NCBI RefSeq assembly: GCF_035594765.1
Contig: NC_085842.1
Span: forward strand, 205,913,747 to 205,977,746
Direction: 5' to 3'
DNA from: Anolis carolinensis
Lineage: Eukaryota
DNA length: 64,000 bases
Shown piece by piece: positions 12,334-26,042 of this stretch (its first letter is position 1; every line of letters starts with the position of its first letter). The notes beneath the pieces are model-generated. The model was not told where the DNA came from, made no database searches, and was given only the letters and a program-made list of their open reading frames with translations. The translations under genes and the position numbers were made by a program.

Positions 12334-12494
12334 GGTCCCTTCCGGACAGGCCCTATATTCCAGATATATTCCTATATCTGATCCCAGGTTTTTGCTTTAT
12401 ACTGGATTATATGATTCCGAACTGCCAGATAATCTGGGATAAACAGAAAACCTGGGATCAGATCCTGGGATATAGGGCCTGTCTGGAAGGACCC
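12334..12494. mobile_element. PIF/Harbinger-like palindromic MITE
   Basis: Long inverted arms GGTCCCTTCCGGACAGGCCCTATA...TATAGGGCCTGTCTGGAAGGACCC, flanked by TGA on both sides. Confidence 0.8.
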
Positions 12495-12599
12495 TGATTT
12501 CTTCCAAGCTGTCCATGTACATGGTTTTCAATGCACCTTCAAATGAATAGTTCCAGTTAGATACTTAAATTGTTACAATTATTGCACTTTGTCAATATC

Positions 12600-12907
12600 C
12601 CTCATCCTTGCTGATTTTAATGTTTTAACGAGACTTTCCTGCCTTCCCTGATCGCCCTATATTATTATCCTCAAGCCTAACATAGAGTCTGTACAAGCTC
12701 ACCCCTACACATTTCGTATCATGCCCAAGTTCTAAGGACCTGATATATTCTATGTTGTTATATGCTGTTTTATACTGTTTTTACTGTTTTTATATTGGTT
12801 TTAACTTAAGATTTGTGTTTTAATGTATGTTGATGTTGGGCTTGGCCCCATATAAGCCGTCCTGAATCCCCTTGGGGAGATGGGAGTGGGATATAAAAAT
12901 AAAGTTG

Positions 12908-12951
<44 letters not shown>
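12600..12951 (+). mobile_element. L2-type LINE 3' UTR with (ATT)n tail
   Basis: CCTGAATCCCCTTGGGGAGATGGGAGTGGGATATAAAAATAAAG followed by an (ATT)n microsatellite. Confidence 0.7.
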
Positions 12952-12953
<2 letters not shown>

Positions 12954-13586
12954 ACAAATATATTCTTTTATGCTGTTTCACCTTGTTAAATAGTTTAATA
13001 TTTTAGCCTGTTCAAATTATTCTGGTAGTTTTAAATTTCTTAATTGTTTTAAACTCTTTCAGATGATTTTATTTGTAAGCCTCATTGATTTCCTATTATG
13101 GCATATAAGGTGAGATATAAATAATTAAAGAAACAAAGAAATACTTAAATAGAAACAGATTTTTCCCATCGTGAGGAGGGCTATGCACATTTGTCTGCCT
13201 TACAGGTGGCAAAGATAAAGAGCTTTTCAGAGCAACCCATTTCAGCACACACACAAAACATATACAGGAATCTAAAGTCATGCTTTGAAGGGGTAAATAT
13301 TAAAAGCACAGGGTCTGGCTGTGTGAATCTTTCATTTACAATTTTTCCACATTTTTTAATCTTAGCTTTCCCCCCATTCTGAACAAAATTGGGTAATTTT
13401 TAAATTGTTGTTTATTGTTGTTGTGTACCTTCAAGTCATTTCTGACTCATGGCAACTCCAAGTCAAACATATGATGAGGTTTTCTTGGCAGAATTTGTTC
13501 AGAGAAGGTTTGCATTCAAGAGAGGCAAGTCTGTCTTGCTCAGAGTCACCCAATAGGTTTTCATGGTTAAGATCCAAACCCTAGTC

Positions 13587-14287
13587 CAGGGGTCCTCAAA
13601 CTTTTAAAGCAGAGGGCCGGTCCACAATCCTTCAGATTGTGGAGGGGCCGAATTATCATTTGGAAAAAAAACGAACAAATTCCAATGCACACTGCACATG
13701 TCTTATTTGTAGTGCAAAACAACAACAACAATGAAAGTACAATACAATATTTAAAAATGAAAACAATTGTAACCAACATAAACCTATCAGGATTTCAATG
13801 GGAAGTGTGGGCCTGCTTCTGGCCAATGAGATAGTCAAGTTAATTAGGATTGTTGTTGTTGTGTTCCTTCAAGTCATTTCAGACTTTGGGCAAGCCTAAG
13901 TTTAAAATTATTTATTTATTCATTTACTACATTTATTTATTACATTTATATCCCACCCTTCTCACCCCGAAGGGGACTCAGAGCAGCTGTATGCACATAC
14001 AATGTATTATATTATTAGCATAGCACAATATTAGCATTATATATTACTATATTGAACTATACTGTAATATTATATGTAATATATATATAATATAATTAAT
14101 ATTATTATATGGTGTTATTAGTATTATATTGTATAACATTATATTGTTATCAATATTATATGTATATACAATATATTATATTATTTAAAATGATATAAAA
14201 TATTATATTATAAAACTGAGGGCGGGGCCAAGTAAATTACATTGGAGGGCCGCATCCGGCCCCCAGGCCTTAGTTTGGGGACCCCTG
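13587..14287. mobile_element. hAT/Charlie MITE, OposCharlie1 (OC1)-like
   Basis: TIRs CAGGGGTCCTCAAACT...AGTTTGGGGACCCCTG and perfect 8-bp TSD CCCTAGTC (13579-13586, 14288-14295). Inserted in an older SINE-like element (about 13415-14350). Confidence 0.85.
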
Positions 14288-16630
14288 CCCTAGTCACATT
14301 GTCCTAGTTCAAAATTCAAACCACTATACAGTACTACGTTGGCTCTCTGGGCCCATTCCTAGCAAAACCTGAGATTTCTACTTATCTCTAGAAAAGTGTC
14401 CATATGAACACTATAAATTAGGCTTGCCAAGTTTACCCATTTCATAAAGTCCTTAGTCCTACTGATGTGTGTGTGTGTGGTGGGGGGTGGGGTGGGGGGC
14501 TCACCAGGATACTATACTTATGATATCAGCCCTGGAAGAGGTTGGGAAAGAAAGGGGACAAATTCAGCTTAGAAGGGAAACTGAAACTGCTATCAATTCC
14601 CCTACATTTCTGTCTACATTCTCACTAGGTTTTGTTGATTCTGATGCAGTATCCCTCACCCACACTTTGTAAGTGACAGAGGAGACAATGAATACAGTCA
14701 GCTAGACTGAACAAATGAGTTCTTAGTTACTGATTTTAAGCCGTATGTGTCAACAATTCAGCTTCTGGTGTGTGTAACTGCAGTGCTCAGTTCAACCATG
14801 CTGTCACATTTCCTGCTGAAGGAGACCAAGGCACCTGCACACAAGATTTCAACAGCAGATTTAATAAGGACCTGCCAGGGAATGAGCCCTTTCCATGGAA
14901 GAGATCACATGTCCCCAGTGGTAGTTCTGTGTTGAAACCAATTTAGTTGATACTGAAGACCTCCAGGTCCCTGCTCATAGAAATACACAACAACTGTCAA
15001 TGTTATTCCCATAACAGGGACATCAGAAATAGATGGTTTTCATATTTTCTCTCAAGGAATAAAAAAAATCCAATTTCCTGACTCTACACATGACCAAATT
15101 CTAAAGAATCTATTCCTTTCCCATAGCATCTACACAATGAATATTAAAATCTATCCACATAGATGTGTTGCTGTCCTTGTTTTACATTTTATCTTCTCCA
15201 TTATCCACTGCGCCTCAATCATCCATTTGTAATATTATAGTGGCAATACTTGTTTTACAGCAGGGGTGGAGAAATTTGGGGGTCTCTAAATGTTTCACGA
15301 GACACTTCCTGCAATACCTTATCATTGACCATGCTGGGTGGAACATATAGGATTTATGAGCCAAAACATTCAAAAAGCCAAATATCTCATAGGGTAGTTT
15401 TGTGAACAGTTATGATTCGTAATCCCTGAGGATTTTACTTCAAGGCCAAGTTTGGACCTTGCAGCTGGGCTCCACCTCAGCAGCAAAGCATGATATACTT
15501 TATAGGGCAGGTGTGTTCTTGTAAATTTTCTTTTGCCCTTCCACTCTCAAGTTCTTTTCCCTTCTCATATTGACTCTTTCATGAGCTGGTTTTTATATTT
15601 GATAAAAATCAAATGAGAATACCACCTCAGTCTGTAGAGCAGGATGGGTGGTATTTGTTTGTCTGAAAGCTCCCTATTCTTCTAGTTAAGCCTTATCTTT
15701 GAATTATTGTTTTTGGCACCAATATATACTCCTACATAATTTCATCTGTGCTAATACAGTCATAACCTGTGATTGGGCTGATCATAGAATCTGGCTTTCA
15801 GATTGAGAACTTTAAGCAACACTGTCAGATCATACAATAACAGATTTGGGCACACTTATATCCCAAGAAGCCCAGTCATAGCAACAACCCCCAAATAGTA
15901 CTATATCTATACTCATAGTCAACGCTTCTGGGTCTGTTCAAATGGCAGTTCTGCATTTGGTGCCCATAAACAATGTAAGATAGTATTGCTTAAACACCCA
16001 GATCAAGGTGAGTAATACAATTACTACCTAATGCAATTCACATAGGTTTCCCCACTCTACCGAAGTTCTCAGTTTCATTTCTACGATGCTCTCCTTGGCT
16101 TGAGTATTCAACATGGGGAAAAAGAAAGGCATTCACATTATTTTTTGTTTATCATTACACCTTTTTAGTGTGAGTTTCTAATTCTGTTCTCACCGAGAAT
16201 TGGGCACCCAAAGGTTTTTTCAGGCGACAGAACATGTATATTAGCTTTGGATAGCATAGGGAAAGGTTAACACCCGTGGATAAATTAGTGCAGGTTTTTG
16301 TGGGATTGACTTTTTGACGAAAAACTCTAGACTTATACATGAGTATATAGGATACACCATCTCCCCCTGTGTTTTCTGCAGTTCATCCTCAAATTGCTTT
16401 GCATTTTCCCCATGTATCAAATGACTTCTGGGACTTTCTGTTATTTTCATAGATATATAATGTTCTCATAGCTGTAGATACATAAGGTTTTGACATTTCT
16501 TTTTATAAACCCCTAAACCAACCCCTTCCCCAAAGTAAAATGCTGCTGGCAAAAATAACATGATACCATTGAGGATGGAATGTATGTGACTAAATGCCAT
16601 TTAATCAGTATCCTCATCAACAACAACATC

Positions 16631-17210
16631 AAGCTGGAACATGACTAGAGAAAGGCTACCAAAATGGTAAAAGATCTGGAAGCCAAGCCTAATGAGGAAT
16701 GATTTATGAAGCTGAGTATGTTTACCTTTGAGAAGAGAAGTTAAGAAGGAACGTGATAGTCATGTTTAAATATCTGAAAGGATCCCAACTTGGTGGGACT
16801 TTAGAAGAAGAGATAGCTCTGGAGAAGGGGCGCACGGGGGTGAAATAAAATAAAAGAGGGCAAAATGTATAGTAAATGTCTATATAACTGTAACTTTTAA
16901 AAAATAAAAATGGAAAAAAAATTAAAAATCTGAAAGGATGTTTTGTTCAGAGACCAGTGCATGGAGGAATGGATTCAAATTACATGGAAAGAGATCCCAC
17001 CTAAGCATTAGGAAGACTTTCCTGATAGTAAGAACTGTTCAATAGTGGAATATGTTGTCTCAGAGTGTTGTGGAGTCTCCTTCTCTAGAGATTTTTAAAC
17101 AGAGTCTGCATGACTGTCTGTCAAAAATGTTTAATGGGGAATTCCAGTATAGCAGGCAGCAGACTTGATGGCCCTTGTGGTTTCTTCTAGCTCTGTTTCT
17201 GTGATTCTAT
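16631..17210 (+). mobile_element. CR1 LINE 3' fragment containing a short insertion
   Basis: CR1 RT C-terminus and 3' UTR, ending GTGATTCTAT. Homologous to 27660-28990. Confidence 0.8.
16784..16927 (+). mobile_element. Short 5'-truncated L1-type retroposed insertion
   Basis: AATAAA and an A-rich tail, with 12-bp TSD ATCTGAAAGGAT (16772-16783, 16928-16939) next to a TTT/AAA site. Confidence 0.65.
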
Positions 17211-17254
17211 TATCAACATAAAGAAGGTCTTCTTTATTTGGTTTCCTGCTCCTT

Positions 17255-17390
17255 TTTTATCCTCACCAGAACCCTGTGGGGTAGTTTTAGCTATAGAACC
17301 CTGACTGACCCAAGGTCACCTGTGTGCTTTGTGATTAAGCAGGGATCTGAACCTGTATTACCTTGTTCCAAGTCTAACACTCTTAACTAT
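17255..17390 (-). mobile_element. MIR/CORE-like SINE remnant
   Basis: CCAAGGTCAC...GGATCTGAACC...TCTAACACTCTTAAC pattern of CORE-SINEs. Confidence 0.5.
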
Positions 17391-20300
17391 ATTGCCTTTC
17401 CAATTAGTGCTCATCAATGATGTCAAGGATGAAACACAATGTAACAAGGAATTTCTTTATGGACATTATTCCACTAAATCTTTTACCAGGTAAATCAGGC
17501 ATTCTCCGGAATTGAGAATTGGAGTATAGCAATACTAGCCAGAAAAAGAAATGGAGGGGATGTGGTACTTCATTTAGAAATGAGGAGAATCATGTAGAGA
17601 CAAAGCTCTGTGAGCAGCAGAACATGGTGCAAATCTGCAAATCAGGCTAAAAAAAATGGTGAACTCTTAAAATTAAAAATGTGAATGTTTAGATAGGAGA
17701 TGTAGACAAAGCTCTATGATTCTTAAGTGAAAAGGGGAAGAGCTTTGGATAGGTCCAGAGGAGGAATTATCTGATCAACTTTATATAAGCAACTTTGGGG
17801 TACCAATAAATGACCTCAGTGTCATCACCGGGACAGCAATGTGTGAACTGCACTGGGTGACACCATCAAACGAGTGACACGAAAATTAGTGCCTATAAAA
17901 ATTTTGAGCAGTGTTCTACCAGAATTTGCTTATATAAATAAACATCCCTAAAGTTATATATAACCACACAAACATTTTTGGAAAGTACAGTGTACATCAA
18001 TATGTCCACAATATCAATCTATCTACAAGGCTAACTACTTTTTGAACGAAAAAGAGATTTTTGTTTTAGTAAACTGCAGTCATTTAACAAAAATGTAGCA
18101 CACATTACAATGATTCCTCTTGGTTTCCTCCCTGCTGGCATTAGCCAAGTGGTGTTTTGGATATGGTGACTCACCCATCTGCATGTCGTCTGGACACAGT
18201 GGATAAGTAATATTTAATGTGATGGTTGGGTATAGGTAAGCTCTTCTGCAAGAATTTTATGCAAAATCAAAATCTGCAAAACATTACTATATTTACTCAA
18301 ATCCAATGCTCATCTTTTTTGGATAAATTACACAGCCAAATGTAGGTTGTGCATTAAATTTGATGGTGTGTTAGAATCACGCACGTAAACCTGTTCATAT
18401 CCTTCTGTCAAGCCAAGGCTGGCAAACTCGCCAACCTCAGCCTGACAGAGATGCAAGCTTCCCAACTTTCCTCATTTACAAGGCCTTCAAAACCTCCCCC
18501 TCTGTTTTGAAAGAATATTAAGGCCTTTCAGTTTGCCAGCCATAGCTTGTGGAGGGGCACACCTTCACCTTGCAGACAGGCAAAGGGAAGCCGTGCATTA
18601 CATTTGACAACAATCTTTTTTTGCAATGTGCTCCTTCAAAATTACGGTGTGCAGTACAATCAATGTTTGCATTCCAATCAGAGTTGTCATTATTACCTAC
18701 TTACACTGATGCTTGAATCGTGTGGCTTCATCTACATACACTTCAAGCATATATTATTGTTTCTAGTGCTGCTTTGTATATATAGTTGCTGATTTCACCT
18801 AATCTTCTGGTACTTTAGCTACTGTACTGTGGTCTGGTCTGGGTCCATGAATTACTGCACTGTCTGGCCCCAACTGTAGTGATGCAACAATTTGCCCTTT
18901 CTTTTTTTTTAGCAACTCAGCCCAAATTGAAAAACAGGACAAGAATATGTTTATTCTACTTACTCTTCATTGATTGTCAGCTCTAAGCTTCGCAAGCATG
19001 ACCTATGGATTGAATTCTTAGCCCTATTGAAAAGGATTTTTAACCAGACAAAAATGTACATTTAGCTTAATTCCAGTAGCTAAAGTACCCATTGATTTCT
19101 GTGGTTGTTTGGCTAGACTGTTGGTTCATTGATCTGTATGCTCAACCAATACTGGATAGGGGTGAATTATGGTAAGTCTATACCAAATTTCAGCAGGGAA
19201 TAAAAAGAGATGAAGACTACACCAGGCAAAGTTAGGATGAAGTTGGGACAGATTAAAGAAGTGGAGAATTGCCTACTAAGGTCATGACAAAATATAGCTA
19301 ATGTCCTCGCTTCCACCCCTTATATGATTACACAATCTTTGCAGCCAGAGGTTATAAGCAAGGGCAGAAAATATTTGCTGTACTGGGTTAATCATATACT
19401 AGAATCTGCTTCATTTCCTTAATTTCTTGATAAAAGCCTGAATCACAGGGGTGAGCTATGTGCCAGTTTATTTACATTGTACTGTGGGCAAAGGGGGCAG
19501 ACTCTGAATCCTACAGCATGCAGTTGGCATAACCTAAGGCTTGTTGCTTGAAGGTGCTTGTTCCTCAAGAATATTAAAGTAACATTTCAATGGTAAAGGG
19601 CCTTTGAGATATTGGTCACAGTCTCAGCCTCTGTAAAGCTTTAATAATTCATTCCTATACTAAGCCAGCCTTCCTCAGTGTGGTGCTTTCTGTACTAGAA
19701 ACCACATCATGCTGGCTGGAAATGATTTGAGCAGTATCCCAATATATTTTGGCGGTGCCAAGTTGGGAAAGGGGAGTACACCGCCATGTGAAATGGAGAA
19801 AAATGTCCTCAAGAGCATAATTTTCTTTCTACCTTCATGCTCCTACATTCTTTCAACAGACTAAAGTAAGCAAATAGCCCTCCCATATCAAAGGGAAGGT
19901 CCTTAGCAACACTTTTTGCAGGCTTTTTGGAGAAAAGGTATATGTGTGAAAGAGAGTGTGTCAAAACACAGTTAAAAGCATAGACCTCAAACTGATTTTT
20001 GCACCCTGCCAGTTTAAGAGCTTGAGGCTACAACTTTCACACTTTGCGTGTAATTGGTTGCCAAGAATGCTCAAAAGGCCTGGAAGAAATCCATAATGTA
20101 ATGAAATAATTAGTGGAAAACTCATACAAGGAAAATGCTGAATTGACAGGGCAAAAAAAAATTATAATGTTTCCCAGATTTTGATTTTGCATAAAAACTT
20201 AAGAATTTTTTTGCTTACCCAACCATCACATTAAATGTTACCTATCTGTTGTATCCAGAAGACATGCAGATGGATGGGCCACCATATTCAAAATGCCACT

Positions 20301-20752
20301 TGGCTAATGCCAGCAGGGAGGAAACAAAGAAGGGTCATTGTAATGTGTGTTATTTTGTGTGCGAAATAACTACAATTTTGCTAAACAAATCCCTGTTTTG
20401 GTTTTATAAGACTACATAGAGCCCAGGGCTGCCATAATTCTGCCACTACTTTGGGGCATATCTTCAAGCAAGAGGGATGGAGGTCCCCTACTTCTTGTCC
20501 TTACTTTTTGATGTCAGACTTCCAGCACTTCCACTCCTATTGACTACTCTCCCAACTTTAATAGAAGTTATGGTTCCTTAAATCTCTACAGGGGATTAAT
20601 ATACAATAATCAATGACATCATTATAGGCACAGTTTTGGGAGGCAGGAGATAATTACACCCTTGTTCTCATGTTCCTAATATCAATACTGCTTCAAATCC
20701 CTGCCTAATAAAAATAGCTGCATTGTAATTCCATGCTAATAGATATACATCA

Positions 20753-21042
20753 CTTTTTTCCTGTCAGGAGCAACTTGAGAAACTGCAAGTCACTTCTAGT
20801 GTGAGAGAATTGGATGTCTGCAAGGACATTGCCCAAGAGACGCCTGGATGTTTTGATGATTTTACCATCCTTGTGGGAGGCTTCCCTCATGTTCCCACAT
20901 GGAGCTAGAGCTAATAGAGGGAGCTCATCTGTGCTCTCCCCAAGTTGGATTTGAACCAGCAATCTTCAGATCAGCAACCCAATCTTCAAGTCATCAGTCA
21001 TGCCAGCACAAGGGTTTAACCCACTGTGCCACCAGGGGCTCC
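20753..21042 (-). mobile_element. Anolis SINE2-like element, full length
   Basis: tRNA-like head GGAGCCCCTGGTGGCACAGTGGGTTAAACCC, tail TTCTCAAGTTGCTCCTGACAG followed by A's, and flanking direct repeat ATATACAT. Confidence 0.85.
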
Positions 21043-21715
21043 TATATACATTAATGAATATTTACATACATAAATCTATTCGTACGTTATGATTGATCCT
21101 TTGTTTATTCTGGGAAACAATATATTAGATATACTTCCTAGTTCCCATTTTGTCTATAGTAAATGCTGCACTTTCTTCAAGATGTCAAAATACACTGTAA
21201 CATTAACTGATGACAATTTGATGACAACCAACTGATAAAAGATAACACTTGTAACTCACTTTTCTGATTATAAAAATTATTCAGTGTGGCTAACAAGAGT
21301 CACATCATTATATGCTGGCTCAAGCTGTCACTGATGACAGGTTCCCATTATCTCCTCCAGAAAAAAGACTAGTAGTTCCTGTGCTTTTTTGTCTTTTTTG
21401 GACACCCTTTTATTTACTTCTATTATTCACTCATGCTACCATTAAGCCTCTTAGTTTTGCCACCTTCTGATAGCTTGAAGTCTCTCTGAACAATGCAGGC
21501 AAGAGGACAACCATAGAGTCAAAATTGTCGTTTTAAAAATGCTACTGTACTTGGGTAGCACTAGTATTTCATGAAAGACTTCTGTTCTCAGGACTATAGG
21601 TCATTTTACAACAATGGAAGGTACTACAGCAGGGATTTCAATCCTCATCTCATGTTTTAGACAAATTCACAGGAAGAAGTGAATTTATATACACCTATAT
21701 ATTATTGTCCTGGGC

Positions 21716-21850
21716 CAGTGGTTTTTAACCTGTGGGTCCCCAGGTGTTTTGGCCTACAATTCCCAGAAATCCCAGCCAGTTTACCAACTGTTAGGATTTC
21801 TGGGAGTTGAAGGCCAAAATATCTGGAGACCCACCGGTTGAGAACCACTG
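21716..21850. mobile_element. Short hAT MITE with SPIN/URR1-like termini
   Basis: CAGTGGTTTTTAACCTGTGGGTC...GGTTGAGAACCACTG, degenerate 8-bp TSD TCCTGGGC/TCCTAAGC, fully palindromic. Confidence 0.85.
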
Positions 21851-22316
21851 TCCTAAGCCATTTTGGACTTAAACACTGTAATCCCTTCGACTCAGAAGAA
21901 TACACCATTACACTCAATGGGACTTATTCTCAGATACATTTGAATAGGATTGCATCTTTAAGATCATTGTGTACTATTCCCAGAAACTATCAGAATGGAC
22001 TCCATTACATGCAATAAAATCAGTGTTTCTACACATTTAAGAAATGGGTACCAATAGAGCCCATCACATGAGGCAAGCTTATACAGTGGGTTCCAGATAT
22101 TTCACCATTTCTAAAGTGTGTTTTTTCGCTATACTTCTTAAGTGGATTGGCAATTGACTTCTTCTTCAATTCTCTGCATAGAAACGTATAAAAATGCCCA
22201 ATTTACCTTGTGATGGGAATTCCCCCTTGTCCACCTGTAAACATAATGATGACATCATCATGGAGGAAGGAGCCAAGATGGGCATTGCTGTTTCCTTTCT
22301 TCCGCCATTACTGCTT

Positions 22317-22778
22317 CCTGTAGTTTGAAACCATTGTTCCGCATCCTAGTCTCCAGGGCACCAGAAAACAAGCTTGCTCCTTCCTCCCTATGACTTCCCC
22401 TCACAAATTATACATGGCCCTCATGTCTCCTCTCAGCCTTCTCTTCTGCAGGCTAAACATGCCCGGCTCTTCAAGCCTCTCCTCACAGGCCTTGTTCACC
22501 AGACCCTTGATCATTTTAGTTGCCCTCCTCTGGACACATTCCAGCTTGTCAACATCTCCCTTCAATTGCAGTGCCCAGAATTGGACACATTTTTCCAGGT
22601 GTGGTCTGACCAAGGCGGAATAGAGGGGTAGCATGACTTCCCTGGCTCTAGATACTATACTCCTATTTATGCAGGCCAAAATCCCCTTGGCTTTTTTAGC
22701 TGCTGCATCACATTGTGGGCTCATGTTTAACTTGTTGTCCACAAGGACTCCAAGATCTTTTTCACACATACTGCTGTC
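22317..22778 (-). mobile_element. CR1 LINE ORF2 (RT C-terminal) fragment
   Basis: [15 protein letters not shown]...[16 protein letters not shown]...[12 protein letters not shown]...KRRLRGDM is the canonical CR1 ORF2 end. Confidence 0.92.
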
Positions 22779-23100
22779 GTGCCTAAGAACTGCATTTTCC
22801 CTATCCCTATGTTCTAGAATTTTAAAAAGACCCACTTTAAAATGTACCCCCATTTCCAGCCAGTTGCAAACTATCTTCAAAGGTAGAGTCCTTTACCCAA
22901 TTCTGTCCTAGCCAAGGCTAGGTCTGCATTCTTTAGGAAAGAGGGCAACCAGTATATTATTGGGAGAAGATACTTCCAGCAACCACAACTATCTGTCCAG
23001 TTCTGAATCCAGTTACATTCCCCAGCTACTAATCTGATTCTTAGGGAGGAGTGCACGCACTGGAAATAGAGTAATTGTTTATTTCCAGGTTACTGGAACC

Positions 23101-23308
23101 CAGGAGTGTCTCAAGCCATATGCAAACTACGCAAGTGCGGAAGGCACCATGAATTCGATTTGTTGTAAAACATGGTGTTTTGGTGCTTAATTTGTAAAAT
23201 TATAATGTAATTTGATATTTAATAAGCTTTTCCTGAATCCCTCCTTATTATTCAACATTTTCCAATGTTCTGCCAGCCCATTTATGTTGGATAACTGAGA
23301 CTCTACTG

Positions 23309-23344
<36 letters not shown>

Positions 23345-23502
23345 AACACATATGCAGGGACCATATGTGCCTCTCTCATACACTTATCTGTTCATCTCTA
23401 CTTTCTACCTTTTATTTTTCAGTGATTGGTTTTGGGTGGGGGGGGGGGGGGCGCCAAAAATACTGTTTGCTTACACTTGAACATTATCTAGGGCTGGCCC
23501 TG
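23101..23502. mobile_element. hAT element containing a Tc1/mariner MITE half and (CA)n
   Basis: 8-bp TSD CTGGAACC (23093-23100, 23503-23510) and right end GGGCTGGCCCTG. The internal part 23160-23308 ends in GAGACTCTACTG followed by TA. Confidence 0.7.
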
Positions 23503-24653
23503 CTGGAACCCCAAACAACTGACACTTTTATTCTGTATGGATAAAGTTTAAATTCATAGAGACTGTGGACTTCATCCCATCAGCCTGTTGTCTCATCACA
23601 ATTATGTTCTTTAAGCAAATAGAAGCATATTGGAACAATTACTTTTACATCTGACCGTAATTGTGCAATGTCTGCATTTTGTTGATGTGATTTCCCAAGA
23701 TCACGTTTTTTTGTACAGCACATATGAGCTAAGTTTTTTTCTGTTTTCTCTCAACCCCCCTTTTTTTTTTTGCAATTGCACAGCCATTCAATTGTGACTT
23801 TCTTGCAAGACCATCCCCAACTTTGTGATATTGGGATTGCAGCAGAAGAAAATTATCTGACAAGGATAACAGTGATATTGGATTCATGTTTTTTTTTTTT
23901 GCCAAAGAGAAGATCCAAACATGATTCAAGCACAATGTGACCATGGAAGAGACAAGATGTTGTGTAATAAGCTCTCCACAAAGGTACTTTTTATCATATT
24001 GCAATTGATCTGTATTAGCCATATGTGATAAAATCTTCACTTGCTGTTTCCAAGTGTGAATAATTTAATTTGTAAGGAGGCACTGTCATTCACATTTGGC
24101 AAGTTACATTAGAGTATACACAGTGAATACAATTGCTGACAGCGGGTGAAGTGAGCCAGCACTCTAGTTCATGAATAACATATTTGGAAAAAAGAAATAA
24201 AATAGGGCCCAGCACCACAAATCAGAATGAAAAGTCTCTGTCCAACCAACATTCAATAACATCCTTCAGGACTTCAGTGCTCTGTCCCAAAATCTCATAT
24301 GATCAGACCTGAATGCTCTCTACAAACTTTTCGCTCAAGCAGACACCAAGAATTATTGGTAAGATTTTAGCAAGTGCTCTATTCAGGGTGGAATAAATCT
24401 GAGACAATCAGATTCTATTTGGGAACAATTCATCAAAAAGAAGACAGATGAATTGTGCAGAACAAATTCCTCTTCTGCTGTCGCAAAGATTGGTCACCCA
24501 CAAGGACCTCAGGAGAGAAGAAACTAAACATAGACCATGTGAGAAACAGATTGCAGGAGTCCACACATTCCCATTAAGTAAGAATTTTGTTCTTTTCTTA
24601 TTATTTCCTCTTTAGTATAATTTCCTGCTATGGCATCAGAATTTAGAATCTTA

Positions 24654-24920
24654 GGCTGTGTTTATACTGTCATATAATGCAGTTTCAGAATGCAGATTAT
24701 CTACATTGAACTGGTTTATATGAGTCTGCACTGCCTTTGGCCCCATCTACACTGCCATGTAATGCAATTTGAATTGCATTAGATGCTCAGTGTAGACTCA
24801 TATAATAAAGGCTGAACTGTAGTAAACTGGATTATTTAAGTCTACACTGACATATAATCCAGTTCAATGCAGTTAATCTGCATTCTAAAACTGCATTATA
24901 TGGCAGTGTAGATGAGGCCT
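24654..24920. mobile_element. Harbinger-like palindromic MITE(s)
   Basis: Inverted arms CTGTCATATAATGCAGTTT...AAACTGCATTATATGGCAG. Same family as 26043-26190 and 29056-29201. Confidence 0.7.
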
Positions 24921-26042
24921 TAGATTTCTTTTTTGTTTCAGATACACTGAGATATTTTCATTTTATTCATTTATATTTTAGGATTACCGCATTTTCTTCA
25001 TTTTTACTGCAGAAATCAAACGTTTAATTTTAAACAGGATATATTATTTGGCTTCAGAGGAAAATATACTTTGTGCCTTGATTTCTCAGTCTGCCTCCCG
25101 AGTAGAAGATCACATGTGTAGTGCAGTAACTCAGAGAGGAAAGCAATGCACAAATAAAATTTTAGTCATACTTGATACAGAATATATAGTGTGACCCTTG
25201 TATCCATGAGACTGGTACCCATATATTCACTTATCCAGATCTGAAAAAATAGCTTCTCTCTAGGCATTTTCTAAGTCTTCCAGCATGATTCTATGGTATG
25301 CTTCTTCTGGAAGTTGGCCACAGAGTTGTGCTGAAGGACTTAACAATGCCTAGAGAGGTGTGATCTCCAGACATTTTCTAGTCTTCCAGCACAACTCTAT
25401 AGAATGTTTCCTTGAGAAGTCATTTATTTCAAAATTGTTTGTTAATAGCAATTATTCCTTTTTTTCCATCCCTACTACAGAAAGCAACAAGAAGACAAAG
25501 CCAGAGAAGTAAACCATTAAGAAAGACTGCACAGACCTACCACTGTGTATCAAGAGAGAAGCTGTAGACCATTGTAGGGGACTGAGAGAGCCTAACTGTA
25601 CTTCTCGTCCTCCATGTTGTGATGGTCTCCTATTATGATGCAGGTCCTTCCTATCCACCAATTTGTGCTGTAATGTCACCATCGCATGCTGTGACAGGGT
25701 GCCAAGGGACAGGGAAGAGGCCTGGATAGGGATGTCCTGTATTGCTATTTGAAAAATCTGGCAACCCTCAATCAATCAATCAAAACTTTATTTGTATCCT
25801 GCCCCATCTCCCCGTGGGGACTCAGGGCGGCTAATAACATGAACTAATAAACAAAAGAAACAGAGATTATAAACAATCAATCGTAAAATAAATCATCATA
25901 AAAACTCAATAAAACACCATTACACACACAACATTAAAACAATAAACTTATTTTTCCACCGAGGCCCAAGACAGCACTCTATGGCCAAAGGCTAGCTCAG
26001 TAGGTTGTCTCCCAGGTATCCTTGGCTGCTCAGCTACTTTAT

